DNA of 63,577 nt, counting the filler, from Squatina squatina (lineage: Eukaryota): assembly GCA_031763465.1 (NCBI GenBank). It is 4 parts of 3 records of this genome, joined end to end, with 100 filler letters (N's around TTAATTAATTAA, not from the genome) between each part and the next. Parts side by side here need not be neighbours in the genome. Positions count along the whole stretch, not along the records: positions 1 to 17,855 come from JARFOE010000194.1; 3 more parts are not named here. The stretch is one strand, 5' to 3'. This document shows positions 1 through 11,536 of the stretch, piece by piece (the first letter of the stretch is position 1; every line of letters begins with the position of its first letter). Below the pieces are notes generated by a model. It had not been told where the DNA came from and searched no databases. It worked only from the letters and a program-made list of their open reading frames with translations. A program made the position numbers and the translations under genes.

Positions 1-211
1 GGCCAGGGGAGGCTGTGGGCCTTTATTCCCCTGATTGGACACAAGGCTCTTTGTCTCACAACCCACTGGCTGAAGTTTTAATACAGACTCTTTAAAATTC
101 ATGAATAAAATCAGATAAACCTTGTGCTTCTGTGGAACGAAATATTTAATATTTGGGAGCAAAAATATTGATTGTTCCCTCTGGGGAATTTATTGTTAGT
201 ATCAGACCACA

Positions 212-300
212 GCAACTTGTATTTATATAGCGCCTTTTAACGTAGTAAAATAATCCTAACGCGCTTCACCGGAGCGTTACAAAACAAAATTTGACACCGG
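212..300 (-). mobile_element. L2-type LINE 3' tail fragment
   Basis: 'acaacttgtatttatatagcgcc...gcttcaccggagcgttac' resembles the L2 tail that recurs at 3570-3738. Boundaries approximate. Confidence 0.55.
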
Positions 301-329
301 TACAAACCAAGCGTATTCTCATAAAGAGG

Positions 330-1178
330 AAGGGTGGGGCTTCCAAAGCTAGAGCTCCCTGGATGACAAAGGATATGGAGGTTAAAATAAAACAGGAAAA
401 GGAGGTTTTATGACAAATGTCAGGTACAGAATACAGTCTAAAACCAGGCAGAATACAGAGAATGTGAGGGAAATTGAAGAAGGATATGAGGGAGAGAATG
501 CAAGAAAGGATTAGCAGGTAACATAAAAGGGAACCCAAAAATCCTTTATAAACGTATCAAAAGTAAAAGTATAGTTACAGGAATGGTGGGGTTTTTTAGG
601 AAGCGAATAGGAGCTCATCACACAGAGACAGAGGGCCTGGCTGAGGTGCTGAATAAGTGCTTAGCATCAATCTTCACAAAAGAGGAGGATGAAGTTAATT
701 TTGCAGTAGAGATGGAGGGAGTCGAGAAATTGGATAGGATAAAAATGGATAGAAAGGAGGTTTTCAATAAGTTGGCATCACTCAAAGTTAACAAGTTACC
801 CGGCCCAGGTGGGATGCATCCTAGATTGCTGAGGGAAGCGAGGGTGGAGATAGCAGAAGCTCTGACCACAATCTTTCAATCTCTCTCGGATATATGGGAG
901 TGGTGCCAGAGGATTGGAGGATTGCAAATATTACACCCCTGTTTAAAAAAGGGGAGAGGGCCAAACCTGGTAACTACAGGCCAATCAGTATAACGTCAGT
1001 GGTGGGTAAACAACTAGAGGCCATTGTCAAGGACAAGATGAATTCTCACTTGGAGAAGTTTGGTTAATAAGGGGCAGCCAGCACAGATTTGGTAAAGGCA
1101 AATCGTGTCTGACTAACCTGATTGAGTTCTTTGATGATGTAACAGGGTTGATGAAGATAGTGCAGTAGATGTACATAT
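330..1178 (+). mobile_element. CR1 LINE ORF2 fragment (decayed, start of the RT region)
   Basis: Translations give LNKCLASIFTKE, LKVNKLPGPGGMHPRLLRE, PGNYRPIS and KSCLTNLIEFFD, all typical CR1 ORF2 motifs, with frameshifts. Confidence 0.9.
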
Positions 1179-1665
1179 GGGGGCAGAAATTGACATCTTT
1201 TAATGGCCCATTAATGCCTCTGAGGGGGGCTAATGGGACGTTTAAAAAAAATGGCATCAGGAGGCAGCCATCTTGCCTCCCCTGAAATTCAGCTGGGGCA
1301 TAATTTCAGCTGCCAGCTGAAATGGCGGCAGGTCAGCGCATGATGTCATCAAGATGTGCACCGAGCTGCACTGCCGCAACGCGCTCGCTGCTCCGTGTGC
1401 ATCCCGTGGGCCTGTCAGTGCAACGGGCCCCTTAAAGTTGAGGGCACCTGCGCTCGTAGTCTGCCGATAAATGGCAGCCCCTCGGCTGGATCGGGCTAAC
1501 ATTGCCTCGTCCGGTACGGCGACTGACGTGCCAGGCTGGTGGCCCGGCCGCGATGGCCCTGTTGGCCCAGGGTAGCACGTTCAGGATGGCCGGCGGCCCT
1601 CCCCTTTAAGGGAGGCCTGGCTGTCCTGCTGATGCGGCGGTGCAGAGGCCGCTTGGGTGGAGCTG
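1179..1665. mobile_element. GC-rich non-autonomous DNA transposon (Harbinger-like MITE), left part, inserted in CR1
   Basis: Abrupt switch from CR1 RT sequence to GGGGGCAGAAATTG, a terminus shared with other elements in this window. Truncated by a gap. Confidence 0.6.
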
Positions 1666-2849
1666 NNNNNNNNNNNNNNNNNNNNNNNNNNNNNNNNNNN
1701 NNNNNNNNNNNNNNNNNNNNNNNNNNNNNNNNNNNNNNNNNNNNNNNNNNNNNNNNNNNNNNNNNNNNNNNNNNNNNNNNNNNNNNNNNNNNNNNNNNNN
1801 NNNNNNNNNNNNNNNNNNNNNNNNNNNNNNNNNNNNNNNNNNNNNNNNNNNNNNNNNNNNNNNNNNNNNNNNNNNNNNNNNNNNNNNNNNNNNNNNNNNN
1901 NNNNNNNNNNNNNNNNNNNNNNNNNNNNNNNNNNNNNNNNNNNNNNNNNNNNNNNNNNNNNNNNNNNNNNNNNNNNNNNNNNNNNNNNNNNNNNNNNNNN
2001 NNNNNNNNNNNNNNNNNNNNNNNNNNNNNNNNNNNNNNNNNNNNNNNNNNNNNNNNNNNNNNNNNNNNNNNNNNNNNNNNNNNNNNNNNNNNNNNNNNNN
2101 NNNNNNNNNNNNNNNNNNNNNNNNNNNNNNNNNNNNNNNNNNNNNNNNNNNNNNNNNNNNNNNNNNNNNNNNNNNNNNNNNNNNNNNNNNNNNNNNNNNN
2201 NNNNNNNNNNNNNNNNNNNNNNNNNNNNNNNNNNNNNNNNNNNNNNNNNNNNNNNNNNNNNNNNNNNNNNNNNNNNNNNNNNNNNNNNNNNNNNNNNNNN
2301 NNNNNNNNNNNNNNNNNNNNNNNNNNNNNNNNNNNNNNNNNNNNNNNNNNNNNNNNNNNNNNNNNNNNNNNNNNNNNNNNNNNNNNNNNNNNNNNNNNNN
2401 NNNNNNNNNNNNNNNNNNNNNNNNNNNNNNNNNNNNNNNNNNNNNNNNNNNNNNNNNNNNNNNNNNNNNNNNNNNNNNNNNNNNNNNNNNNNNNNNNNNN
2501 NNNNNNNNNNNNNNNNNNNNNNNNNNNNNNNNNNNNNNNNNNNNNNNNNNNNNNNNNNNNNNNNNNNNNNNNNNNNNNNNNNNNNNNNNNNNTCCCTTTG
2601 CACTTTTAGGCACAAGCACTAAAGTTAGAAGTGCACTGCACAGGCATATTCCAAATAACTCATTGTTGAAATTGAAGAGAGCTTCTCATTTTCAAACTTT
2701 AGTCAGAATTGTCAACCTTTCATTTGGGAATCTTGGGCCAGTGGGCAGGAAGACCCAGGGTAAATTTAGCACTCTCGCTGGACAGCTATAATCGAGGGGA
2801 AAGTGCGCTGGAGAATCGATTGCTAGTGTCGTAAATGAAGCAAAAAAAA

Positions 2850-3063
2850 TTGCATTTATATAGCACCTTTCATGACGTCCCAAAGCATTTTATAGCCAAT
2901 GGGGTACTTTTGAAGTGTAGTCACTGTTGTAATGTAGGAAACACTGCAGCTAATTTACACACAGCAAGCTCCCATCAACAGCAAATGTGATAATGGCCAG
3001 ATAATCGGTTTTAGGTGTTGGCTGAGGAATAGATATTGGTCAGGAGTTCTCTTCTCTTCAAGG
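2850..3063 (-). mobile_element. Deu-domain SINE (SacSINE1-like) 3' fragment
   Basis: 'ttgcatttatatagcacctttcatgacgtcccaaagc...gtagtcactgttgtaatgtagg' matches the copies at 13290, 16720, 18466 and 55070. Confidence 0.8.
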
Positions 3064-3201
3064 ACACTGCCCACAGGGAGCAATGAATTCACCCTCTGAC
3101 CATTACTTTCTTACTTATGAAGCAAAAGTGCCTTTGCACATGACAGTGAAAGTAGAAAGCTTACTCATGGTGATGGTTGTTCTTAATCTCTTCATACCTA
3201 C

Positions 3202-3308
3202 CCCATCCTCATCTTCTATGATATCTTTTCCTATTGATGCCAGGGTTGTCCACTTGCAGTTATTGATTGCCCTCACGGCGCACCTCTTATGGGCTTTGAA
3301 CTTACAAA
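3202..3308 (-). CDS. DGKH: Diacylglycerol kinase eta, internal exon (end of C1A domain)
   Basis: AG/GT-flanked 107-nt exon encoding (V)[35 protein letters not shown]. Phase matches the exon at 4543-4675. Confidence 0.93.
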
Positions 3309-3569
3309 CTGCAAAAGAGACAAAGGCACACATCTGAGTGCTAAATACATCATTGTAGAGCATATCATAAACTCAACCCTTCCATTTCAACCAAGAAAAA
3401 TATGAACCATGATGGGGCTAATATTAAGCAAAACAAAATTATAAATTGATTACTGAAATGAGACGGTACCAACTTTCCATACTCGGGGTGGAATAAATTA
3501 TTTTCAGCAGCAAAAATGATCACAATTTAACAGCCAGAAACTACTACTATTATTGCTACCACAAAATGT

Positions 3570-3738
3570 ACTGATATAGCACCTTAAATGTCGTATAAGG
3601 TCCCAAGATGCTTCACAGGAGCGTTATCAAACAAAGTATGAAACCGAGCCACATAAGGAGCTATTTGGACCAGTGACCAAAAGCTTGGTCAAGAGGTAGG
3701 TTTTAACGAGTGACTGAAAGGAGGAGAGAGAAGTCGAG
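3570..3738 (-). mobile_element. L2 LINE 3' end
   Basis: The minus strand encodes STSLSSFQSLVKTYL, an L2 ORF2 C-terminal motif, followed by the L2 tail. Confidence 0.75.
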
Positions 3739-4542
3739 NNNNNNNNNNNNNNNNNNNNNNNNNNNNNNNNNNNNNNNNNNNNNNNNNNNNNNNNNNNNNN
3801 NNNNNNNNNNNNNNNNNNNNNNNNNNNNNNNNNNNNNNCTTTAGTGCTCCCGCAAACGTTACCGCCCCAAACGGGGTGCGACACAATTTCTAGCCCTATA
3901 TCTCAGATATAAAAGCATTGAGATTGCAACAAACAGTGTGGAATAAAAGACAAATGCTCCGAGGTGGCTTCACCAGTCCCGGGAGTAATCTTTTGGCTGT
4001 TCTGCATTGTTACTTTACTGACAGAGGCATTTTACCTCCAGAGATGTAGGACCCCACCAGCAGTGTGACACCACCATTTCTTTCTGATGCAAGTGCGCCG
4101 TGTTCCAGCTCACCCAACCATGCCGTGCGATGTCTGCCTGCTGTGAAAGTGAGCGCCACAACCTCCATTTAACTCGGCTCGCATGAATTAGAAGCTGGGG
4201 GATAGGCCTAAGTGAATAGCTCTTTCAGAGAGCTGGCATATGATGATGGGCCGAATGGCCTATTTCTGTGCTGTAATTTCTATGTAACAGATATTGATGT
4301 TCTGGTTTAGGATTTGTCCACCAATGAGGAAACAGCCCAAGAACAGCCCAAGCCATGACATTCAAACACGACAAAGCAATTAATAAGCTAAATGTCAATG
4401 GGACAGATGGCCTGGGCTCTGGCCTGGTTTGATGGGGCACAGAAAGCACAGACTGGGCACCCCTGGATTAAAGCAATGAATAGTCAGTAACAAGCTGCTC
4501 CAGTACATTTTACTCAAGTCCTGCTGAAGGAGAGCTCTTTAC

Positions 4543-4675
4543 CTTCACAGGAGAGTCCATGAGAGGTGACACCGGATAGGCTTTCTCGGCAGACATTGCA
4601 GAACGTAGGGCGGGCGTGGGAGCAGGCGTACCAGTTATGCATCCCTGAGAAATGCTCCACATTAAACTGTGCGGT
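4543..4675 (-). CDS. DGKH: Diacylglycerol kinase eta, internal exon (C1A domain)
   Basis: 133-nt exon with AG acceptor and GT donor, encoding [44 protein letters not shown]. Not in the ORF track. Confidence 0.93.
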
Positions 4676-6266
4676 CTAGTAAAGGAGAAAGCAGGTCAGT
4701 TTACCAGTGCAAAATCCACAAAACGTACAAATGCCAAAACCTTCCCTATATTTTTTTATACATTTGTGAAATGTCCTTGTACATTTTACGTTGCTCTTAT
4801 TTTCCGTCTTGTGCATTTTACTTTCGTATAATTTACCAAAAATTGAAGTAAATTGATGTGGTCAGTGAATGGTATTGTTGCATTTCGAAATTCGAACTGA
4901 GCGCAATGTGTGTCACCACGCAGGCGGGAAGTTTGACACGAATGGCGCGCGGTCCGTCCCAGGATGCCCGGCTGCGGCGCCGTTGCTGAGGCGGCGACTC
5001 GGACTCGGAACCGGAGCTGGGACTCGGAGCAGGAGCAGGAGTAGNNNNNNNNNNNNNNNNNNNNNNNNNNNNNNNNNNNNNNNNNNNNNNNNNNNNNNNN
5101 NNNNNNNNNNNNNNNNNNNNNNNNNNNNNNNNNNNNNNNNNNNNTCCAATCAGTTTTCATGGACTTTTGAGAGACTTCTGTCCTGTCATTCACTATATTG
5201 TAATTTGAAGTAAATTTGTCCACATAGTCACCTTGTAGTAGTAGTAGCAGCACCATTACAACAGTGACTTTGGGATGTCCTGAGGTCGTGAAAGACACCA
5301 TATGTGTTTTGTACTCAGAAACCAAAGATTGCAATTTTAATATTTCTTTTAATGTTTTAAACATTAAGCATTATTCTGGACAGTGAGTATTTCCAAGTAC
5401 ACTCATTCTCACCTTCAAATCCCACCATGCCTGTGCTCCGCCCTACCTCTGTGACCTCCTCCAATCCAATGTCCTCGAGTGTAGTCTCCAGTCCTCTGAA
5501 TCCAACCAACTTTCATTCTCCACTGTTTCATCAGCCTGGCCTCATACTTTTGAGCGCCTCTATTAAATCCCTTTTTAACCTTCTATGTTCGAGCTAAAAG
5601 GGCCTCTGTTTCTTCAGTCTTTTCTCAAAGCAAAAGCATCTCACCCCTGGTATTAATTAGTGAATCTCCTCTGATCCCTCTCCATGGTCTTGACAACCTT
5701 TCCAACATGAGGCACAATATTTCAACTGCGAATGCACCCGAGTTGAGGGCAGATCCACTGGGAATTTAACCAAGAGCGTGGTCGCTTACACTGTCACCCC
5801 CCCATCCCTCACCGCATGGGGAATTTTAGAAATAGAGACAGCTTAATACCCCTGTCTGAAATTCCACCTACCCATCTTCTCACCAAATCCCTCAATCCCT
5901 TCTGTCTCTAGAAATGCATCTAAGGTTGCCAACTTCAGAGATGCTTCTGTATGTTTCAGACAGTTAATGGATCTAAAATCAAATATGGTAGCAGGATATA
6001 ATTTAAATGATCAAATTTGAAGAGATAATGGGGTATTACTAACAATAAACAGGCCAGCTTGAAATTTGAAGCATTCTGCACAAAGGAATTTGTTATTATC
6101 TCTAGTTAATGTTGAAATACAGAAAATGCTTTCAAAATAATACACTTATCTTGAAAGCCCCAAACTNNNNNNNNNNNNNNNNNNNNNNNNNNNNNNNNNN
6201 NNNNNNNNNNNNNNNNNNNNNNNNNNNNNNNNNNNNNNNNNNNNNNNNNNNNNNNNNNNNNNNNNN

Positions 6267-6465
6267 GAACTCTATCCCCCAAAAGGCTGTGGATGCTGGG
6301 ACAAGTGAAATTTTCAAGACTGAGACCTATAGATTTTTGTGAGGTAAGGGTATCAAAGGGTATGGAATTAAGGCAGGTAAATGGAGTTGAAGTGTAGATT
6401 TGCCGCAGCCTAATTGAATGGCAGAACAGGCTTGAGGGGCCGAATGGCCTACTCCCGTTCCTATG
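6267..6465 (+). mobile_element. CR1 LINE 3' end
   Basis: Encodes NSIPQKAVDAG..IFKTE..RFL, followed by the CR1 3'UTR 'gaggggccgaatggcctactcc'. Confidence 0.85.
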
Positions 6466-6794
6466 AAATGGGAAAGGATACCATTCCCCAACATGAACAG
6501 CTCTCACCTTGATGGGCACAAAGTCCACCCAATAGAAAGGGGATCCTGACCTTGCAGTACATGAGTTGGCTCGACATGGGAGCACCCTTTTTTTCCCGGG
6601 GAATGGGCACTCGGGACAGGCTTTCCGGCCTCTCGGAGAAGGCAAGCACCTGAGATGCACCTCTCGTGGCTTGGGTGCCCGCTGGGGGCATTCAAATTAC
6701 GGGGCCTCTGCTTGACCCCACGCAATCTCGCAGGGTCAGCAGCAGAGGCCACTTGTGTGAGCTGAGGGATTTCTGGCCCATGTGTTTACAGTGG

Positions 6795-6990
6795 CAGCCA
6801 GTGGCTCAGTGGGTAGCACCCTCACCTCTAAATCGGAATAGTTGTCGGTTCAAGTTCCACTCCAGAGACCTGAAGACAAAAAGTTTCATCTGACATTGGG
6901 ACGTCCGGTGGTTGTGAGAAAGGAAAAAAACAAAGACTTGTACGTGCCCACAGGGCCTGCAAATTAGCACTGTATAAGTGCAAGTCTTTC
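6795..6990 (+). mobile_element. tRNA-headed SINE (SacSINE1-like), internally deleted
   Basis: A-box-like 'gtggctcagtgggtagcac' and B-box-like 'ggttcaagttcc', then the SINE tail 'tataagtgcaagtctttc'. Confidence 0.65.
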
Positions 6991-7479
6991 CTGCTTTGCG
7001 CTACCACCCAAGAATATTTTCTACCTCATTGTATCCAGTGAGTTTCCAGAATCTGTCTCCAGTTCCTTGTACGCAGCAGGTAGGGAGGTAAATCCTGACA
7101 TAAAACCTTATGGCCCATAATTTGCGGGTCCTGCGGGCACTTACAAGTCTTTAGGCACCCAATTCGCGGGTAACCTTTTAGCGCGGAATCAGTGCAGAAC
7201 NNNNNNNNNNNNNNNNNNNNNNNNNNNNNNNNNNNNNNNNNNNNNNNNNNNNNNNNNNNNNNNNNNNNNNNNNNNNNNNNNNNNNNNNNNNNNNNNNNNN
7301 AAACCTCCAAGCCCACAACATTCAAACAGGACAAACCAGCAAATAGGAAATATAAGCACAAATAGGACTGAATGGCCTGGGCTTCGAAGGCCATATTGCC
7401 AGGGAGCTCAATGCGCCCCTGGTTAATTTTACCGTGATTCTGATTATGTTGGTAGAGGAGAGAGTAAAACTTTGAGTTC

Positions 7480-7563
7480 CATACACGTGCATACATACAT
7501 ATCCATATACATATATACACACATACATATACACATACACATAGATGTACATATACACATACC
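7480..7563. repeat. Imperfect (CA/TA)n microsatellite
   Basis: Directly visible: catacatacatatccatatacatatatacacacatac... Confidence 0.9.
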
Positions 7564-8689
7564 AACAGCACAGCTTCACCTTCCTCACTCTCGTCTCTTT
7601 CTTGCTCTGGCACTTTCCCTTCTAGATCCGATTCTTCAGATAAGCATTCCATATCTGGCCCGTCGAGTCCAAAACATATTCAACCTCTTATCCATGATCT
7701 TTACTTCATTAAAGCTTCCAATTTGACATCACTGGCAACTCCTTTCAACCACGTACAACAGTCAGGATTGGTTTTGATGGCATGTGCTGCTTAAAAAACT
7801 TCAGCATTATTCTGTATTTAGATATTTTGAAGAATGTCCCAGCGTGGAGAGCAGAGAATCAGAACAGTATTACATGGTGTGCAACTAAAACTAGTCAGAC
7901 ATTTCTAGTTTTAGGGAGGACCAGGAACGTGCCAAACTCTGGACCTGCACGGACACTGTATATTCGTGTTTCTGTGCAGGATGTAATCTCCTTTGGGTAT
8001 TTTAAAGTTAATCCAATAATGTTCCTGTTTTTATCTCTCTGCAATGATGTTATCGCTCTGTAACTTCATTTGGAAATGGCTGGTAGTTGAACACCTGCTC
8101 TACATTTCTGGGGCATGTATGTTTAATGAGGTTAGACAAGAGCCTGGCATTTAGTCTCTGATGTTAGTCTTCGTGCGTGCATCCCATTTGGGCATCAGTG
8201 GGGATCTTGTTCAGCAAGCCATTATCAATCTTTTATAGTAATATTGCTAAGTATTACGAAACTAAGTTTTAAAAATGCACAGCGCAATTGCAACACAATA
8301 AAGTGTCAAAAAAATCATATTGTACAGCAAGAACTATTGTGTGTCATGCTGCATTTCAAATTAATCCATACTTGCTCCATGTACTATGAAAAAAACCCAA
8401 TTCACAGTAAGGACATTAACCTGTTCAGAGTGATGGCCAGGAAGCTTCATCAGTCACTGTGGGTCAGAAGTTTCATTGCTTTCAGCATGTGGTACACCCA
8501 GTCACCCTCAGAAGGCCCTTTGACACGAGAGGCTCGGTCTTGGGACAGCATCCTGCTCGACCCACTGCTGCGCGACCTAAAGCTTAATCTGAAAAGAGAT
8601 GATTTACAGTCCTGTAAGTGTAGCGCACCATGCTCCTCCATTAAGACAACTGATACTGCATTCGTACTGCCTCTCTCTCTCTGAATGGC

Positions 8690-9430
8690 AGAAAAGTGCA
8701 TCCTGGGAAGAGAAGCTATGCTGAAGGTGCTGTTGCTTAATTGGAGAGATTGAAATGTGGAATTGTAGGAAAGGTGGACATATATATTTCGGCAACAACA
8801 TGCTCAAGGACTTTGGAGAGGAAAAGGAGATGGAGCAGTAGTGTTCTAAGGGTCTAGGGTGAGTGGTAACGCCAGTTTTGATAGGGAGGGGAACAGCACC
8901 TGAAGAGAGGCACTCATTTACAATGGCCAAGGGGAAGAAGGGAAGCAGCAGAGGCAGCTAAACGGATGTCTCAATCTTAGTGACAAAGAAGTCCAAGAGC
9001 TCCTTGCATTTGTTGTTGGAGGTGAGGGTGGAGGAGGCAGGGAAGAGGAATTTAAATAGACAGTTGGTCGTGGAGTACAGAAGTCAAAGATTACCTCTGC
9101 TGTCCAGGATGCTCCTGGAGTAGTGGGCTAGACCTGTTGTGCGCCTTACATAATGTAGTCTACTCCCCTTGGGCTTGAAAGAGTAAAGATGGGGCCAGAC
9201 CAGGGGGAAAGACTGGGATGGGAGATAGTAAAGGTTTTGCTAGGGTCAAGGGCATCAAAGGTGGCAGTGAGGGAGTTTTTGAGCAGTAGAATAGCTACAG
9301 AAATATCTTGTGAATGGTAGATCAAAGGCAAGACACTTAGGAGTTTGAAAGTGAATTGTAAGTGACTTGAGGGAGAGCTTTTTCTCAGGACAAATGTAGA
9401 AGGAAGTGGAGTTGGAAGGTAGAATGGGGA
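8690..9430 (-). mobile_element. L2 LINE ORF2 fragment (decayed)
   Basis: Minus-strand peptides LTATFDALDPSKTFTISHPSLSPW and IVNECLSSGAVPLPIKTGVT resemble L2 ORF2 upstream of and within the RT. Confidence 0.75.
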
Positions 9431-10519
9431 NNNNNNNNNNNNNNNNNNNNNNNNNNNNNNNNNNNNNNNNNNNNNNNNNNNNNNNNNNNNNNNNNNNNNN
9501 NNNNNNNNNNNNNNNNNNNNNNNNNNNNNNAAGCAGAAGCCTAGACTGTGTACAAATTAGAGTTTTGAGCTACTTCATATTAGCCTAACTGGGTTTTGTG
9601 TGCCAGTCCAAGAGACAAAAAGAATCCCTGTACAATTTAGCTCGTTAAAAATAGATTCAACAGCTTATATTAGTACACGCCACATTACAGTCATTGAGAT
9701 CTGAATTATGTTAAAAGTTATATTGTCTTACTTTGCACAGAAAATGGCAAAGCTGTTTTTATTTGGGAAAGAAGAGCCATTCACCACTTTTATCACAGGA
9801 ATGCCACTTGCAAGTAATGCAATAATGTGTTACAAAGTAACTTACATTATTGTGTTTGTAAACAAGTGGAAAAGCTTTACCAAAATGGTAACCCTAAAAA
9901 GGTCACTTAACCAGATGTCATATTCTAAATCATATCTTATATCAATGTTAAATCATATGTCTGCACATACTACCTAGCAACATTCCATTATAGTTTCCTC
10001 TGTCTATATTTACAGAAGGAACTTCCTCTGAACTTGCCATGCTGCATTACACCCCACACAAACCCCACCACTGCACCAGGACTGAACCATATCTGCGCTT
10101 TGGTCAAATTATTTCCCAGCCTTCGGGAGATTGACTAAAATATATAATGACTTGTGCAGCACAAAATACCTGACTTATTTGGTACTCACAACTGGAATGC
10201 AACAAATATATTTTGGACAGTAAACACACAGACATTGTCGTTTACGTTGGATGCACCAATATCCTTAGAGCATGCTTCACTGATCCCCTAATTCTATAAC
10301 TTAATCTTAAACATTCCACTGGCAACTTGTTGCTTGTATTTTCGTGGCACCAACTTCACCCAAAATCAAACAGGGTGCCCACCAGCCAGGGGATCAGGGC
10401 TGACCTGCAGTGTGTTTGTAGCATCTTCAAATTGCCAATTCTCTTTAAAATGCTTATGTGCAAGATTGGAACCTCCCCTTTTGTGGATTGCCAGTCTAAG
10501 ACTTCTGCCCTGAGCTGCC

Positions 10520-10960
10520 TGGCCCTGGCCTGTTGCAGGAGATGCTTCACTCCCGCTGCCATGGGGACGGCGGGGCTGCAGCGAGCCGCTCCCTAGCAAC
10601 CGAGCCTAGCAACGGGCTGCAGGCCCGGGCCTCACCCCGCGAACCTTACCTTGCTCCTGATCTGCCCGGAGGTGGACACTTTCCTGATGAGTTTCTGCGG
10701 CCCTTCGTGCTCCCCATCGCTGTCCGAGGACTCGTCACCGGCCGCTCCTGCTGCTCCCGGCCCGGTTCCGGGCGGCTGTTGCTGAGCCCCGAGCCCCAGT
10801 CCCGCCATTGCTCCAACCGCCGCTTTCTCCGATTCCTGCAGGCAGAGGAAAGACTTAGCGTGAGGTTGAGCAGCTTTCCTGTCCGCGCCAGCCCAGCGCG
10901 GAGCGGCGCCCCCGGGCTTTGCCGCCATGTTCCTGCCGGACTCTGGGCAAGGGTGAGACA
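10520..10960. promoter_or_regulatory. CpG-island-like region at DGKH exon 1
   Basis: Locally GC- and CpG-rich against an AT-rich background, and overlaps the first coding exon. Confidence 0.7.
10650..10808 (-). CDS. DGKH: Diacylglycerol kinase eta, first coding exon
   Basis: Encodes [14 protein letters not shown]...[29 protein letters not shown], then AAG|GTAAG. Matches the DGKH N-terminus, and the adjacent VWA8 fits known synteny. An upstream in-frame ATG lies at 10928. Confidence 0.9.
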
Positions 10961-11405
10961 GAAAGTTCGGAGAGACAGAGATAAACACACACACAGCTGA
11001 TCAGAGTGAGACAGAGATAAATAAATAGTGAGGAGAGATATCAACACAGATAGAGAACTAGAGANNNNNNNNNNNNNNNNNNNNNNNNNNNNNNNNNNNN
11101 NNNNNNNNNNNNNNNNNNNNNNNNNNNNNNNNNNNNNNNNNNNNNNNNNNNNNNNNNNNNNNNNGATCAGGGTAACAGATCGCTTCCTCATTGTACCATC
11201 TATCTTCTGTAACTGAACCATAATAACACTTTACTGTTATAACGATACACAATCCAACGGAGTTTTAACTTGTTTCCTGTTTTTGAGGAGGGCTTTGTTA
11301 ATTTGGTGCAATTCTCGCTGCAAACGTGACATGTTCTGGTGCTTTCATGCTGTGCTGTGCTGCCAAGACGAGGTTGTTATTCAAATCAATTTTCATTCTC
11401 ACCAG

Positions 11406-11536
11406 TGTTGGAACCTATACCTCAGGCACTCGCACAGCACCTTCGATGGATCATGCAGAAAGACCTGCTGGGACAAGATGTGTTCCTTATCGGCCCGCCC
11501 GGGCCTTTACGACGCTCCATTGCTATGCAGTATTTG
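11406..11536 (+). CDS. VWA8: von Willebrand factor A domain-containing protein 8, exon in the first AAA module (Walker A-like)
   Basis: 131-nt exon (cag| ... |gtgagt) encoding LEPIPQALAQHLRWIMQKDLLGQDVFLIGPPGPLRRSIAMQYL. Confidence 0.95.

Noticed and set aside
1539-2791. Long ORFs of 300-430 aa here and at 27426-28175, 34826-36124 and 46555-47636
   Set aside because: They are open only because they run through N gaps.
6795-6870. tRNA-like A/B boxes (also near 17085 and 55075)
   Set aside because: These are SINE heads with no complete cloverleaf.
7322-7726. ORFs rich in Y/V/C/H/I
   Set aside because: Translation of the CA/TA microsatellite.
10356-11000. Overlapping ORFs 10533-11000 (+) and 10356-10562 (-)
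   Set aside because: GC-rich shadow frames of the DGKH CpG island with no recognisable domain.
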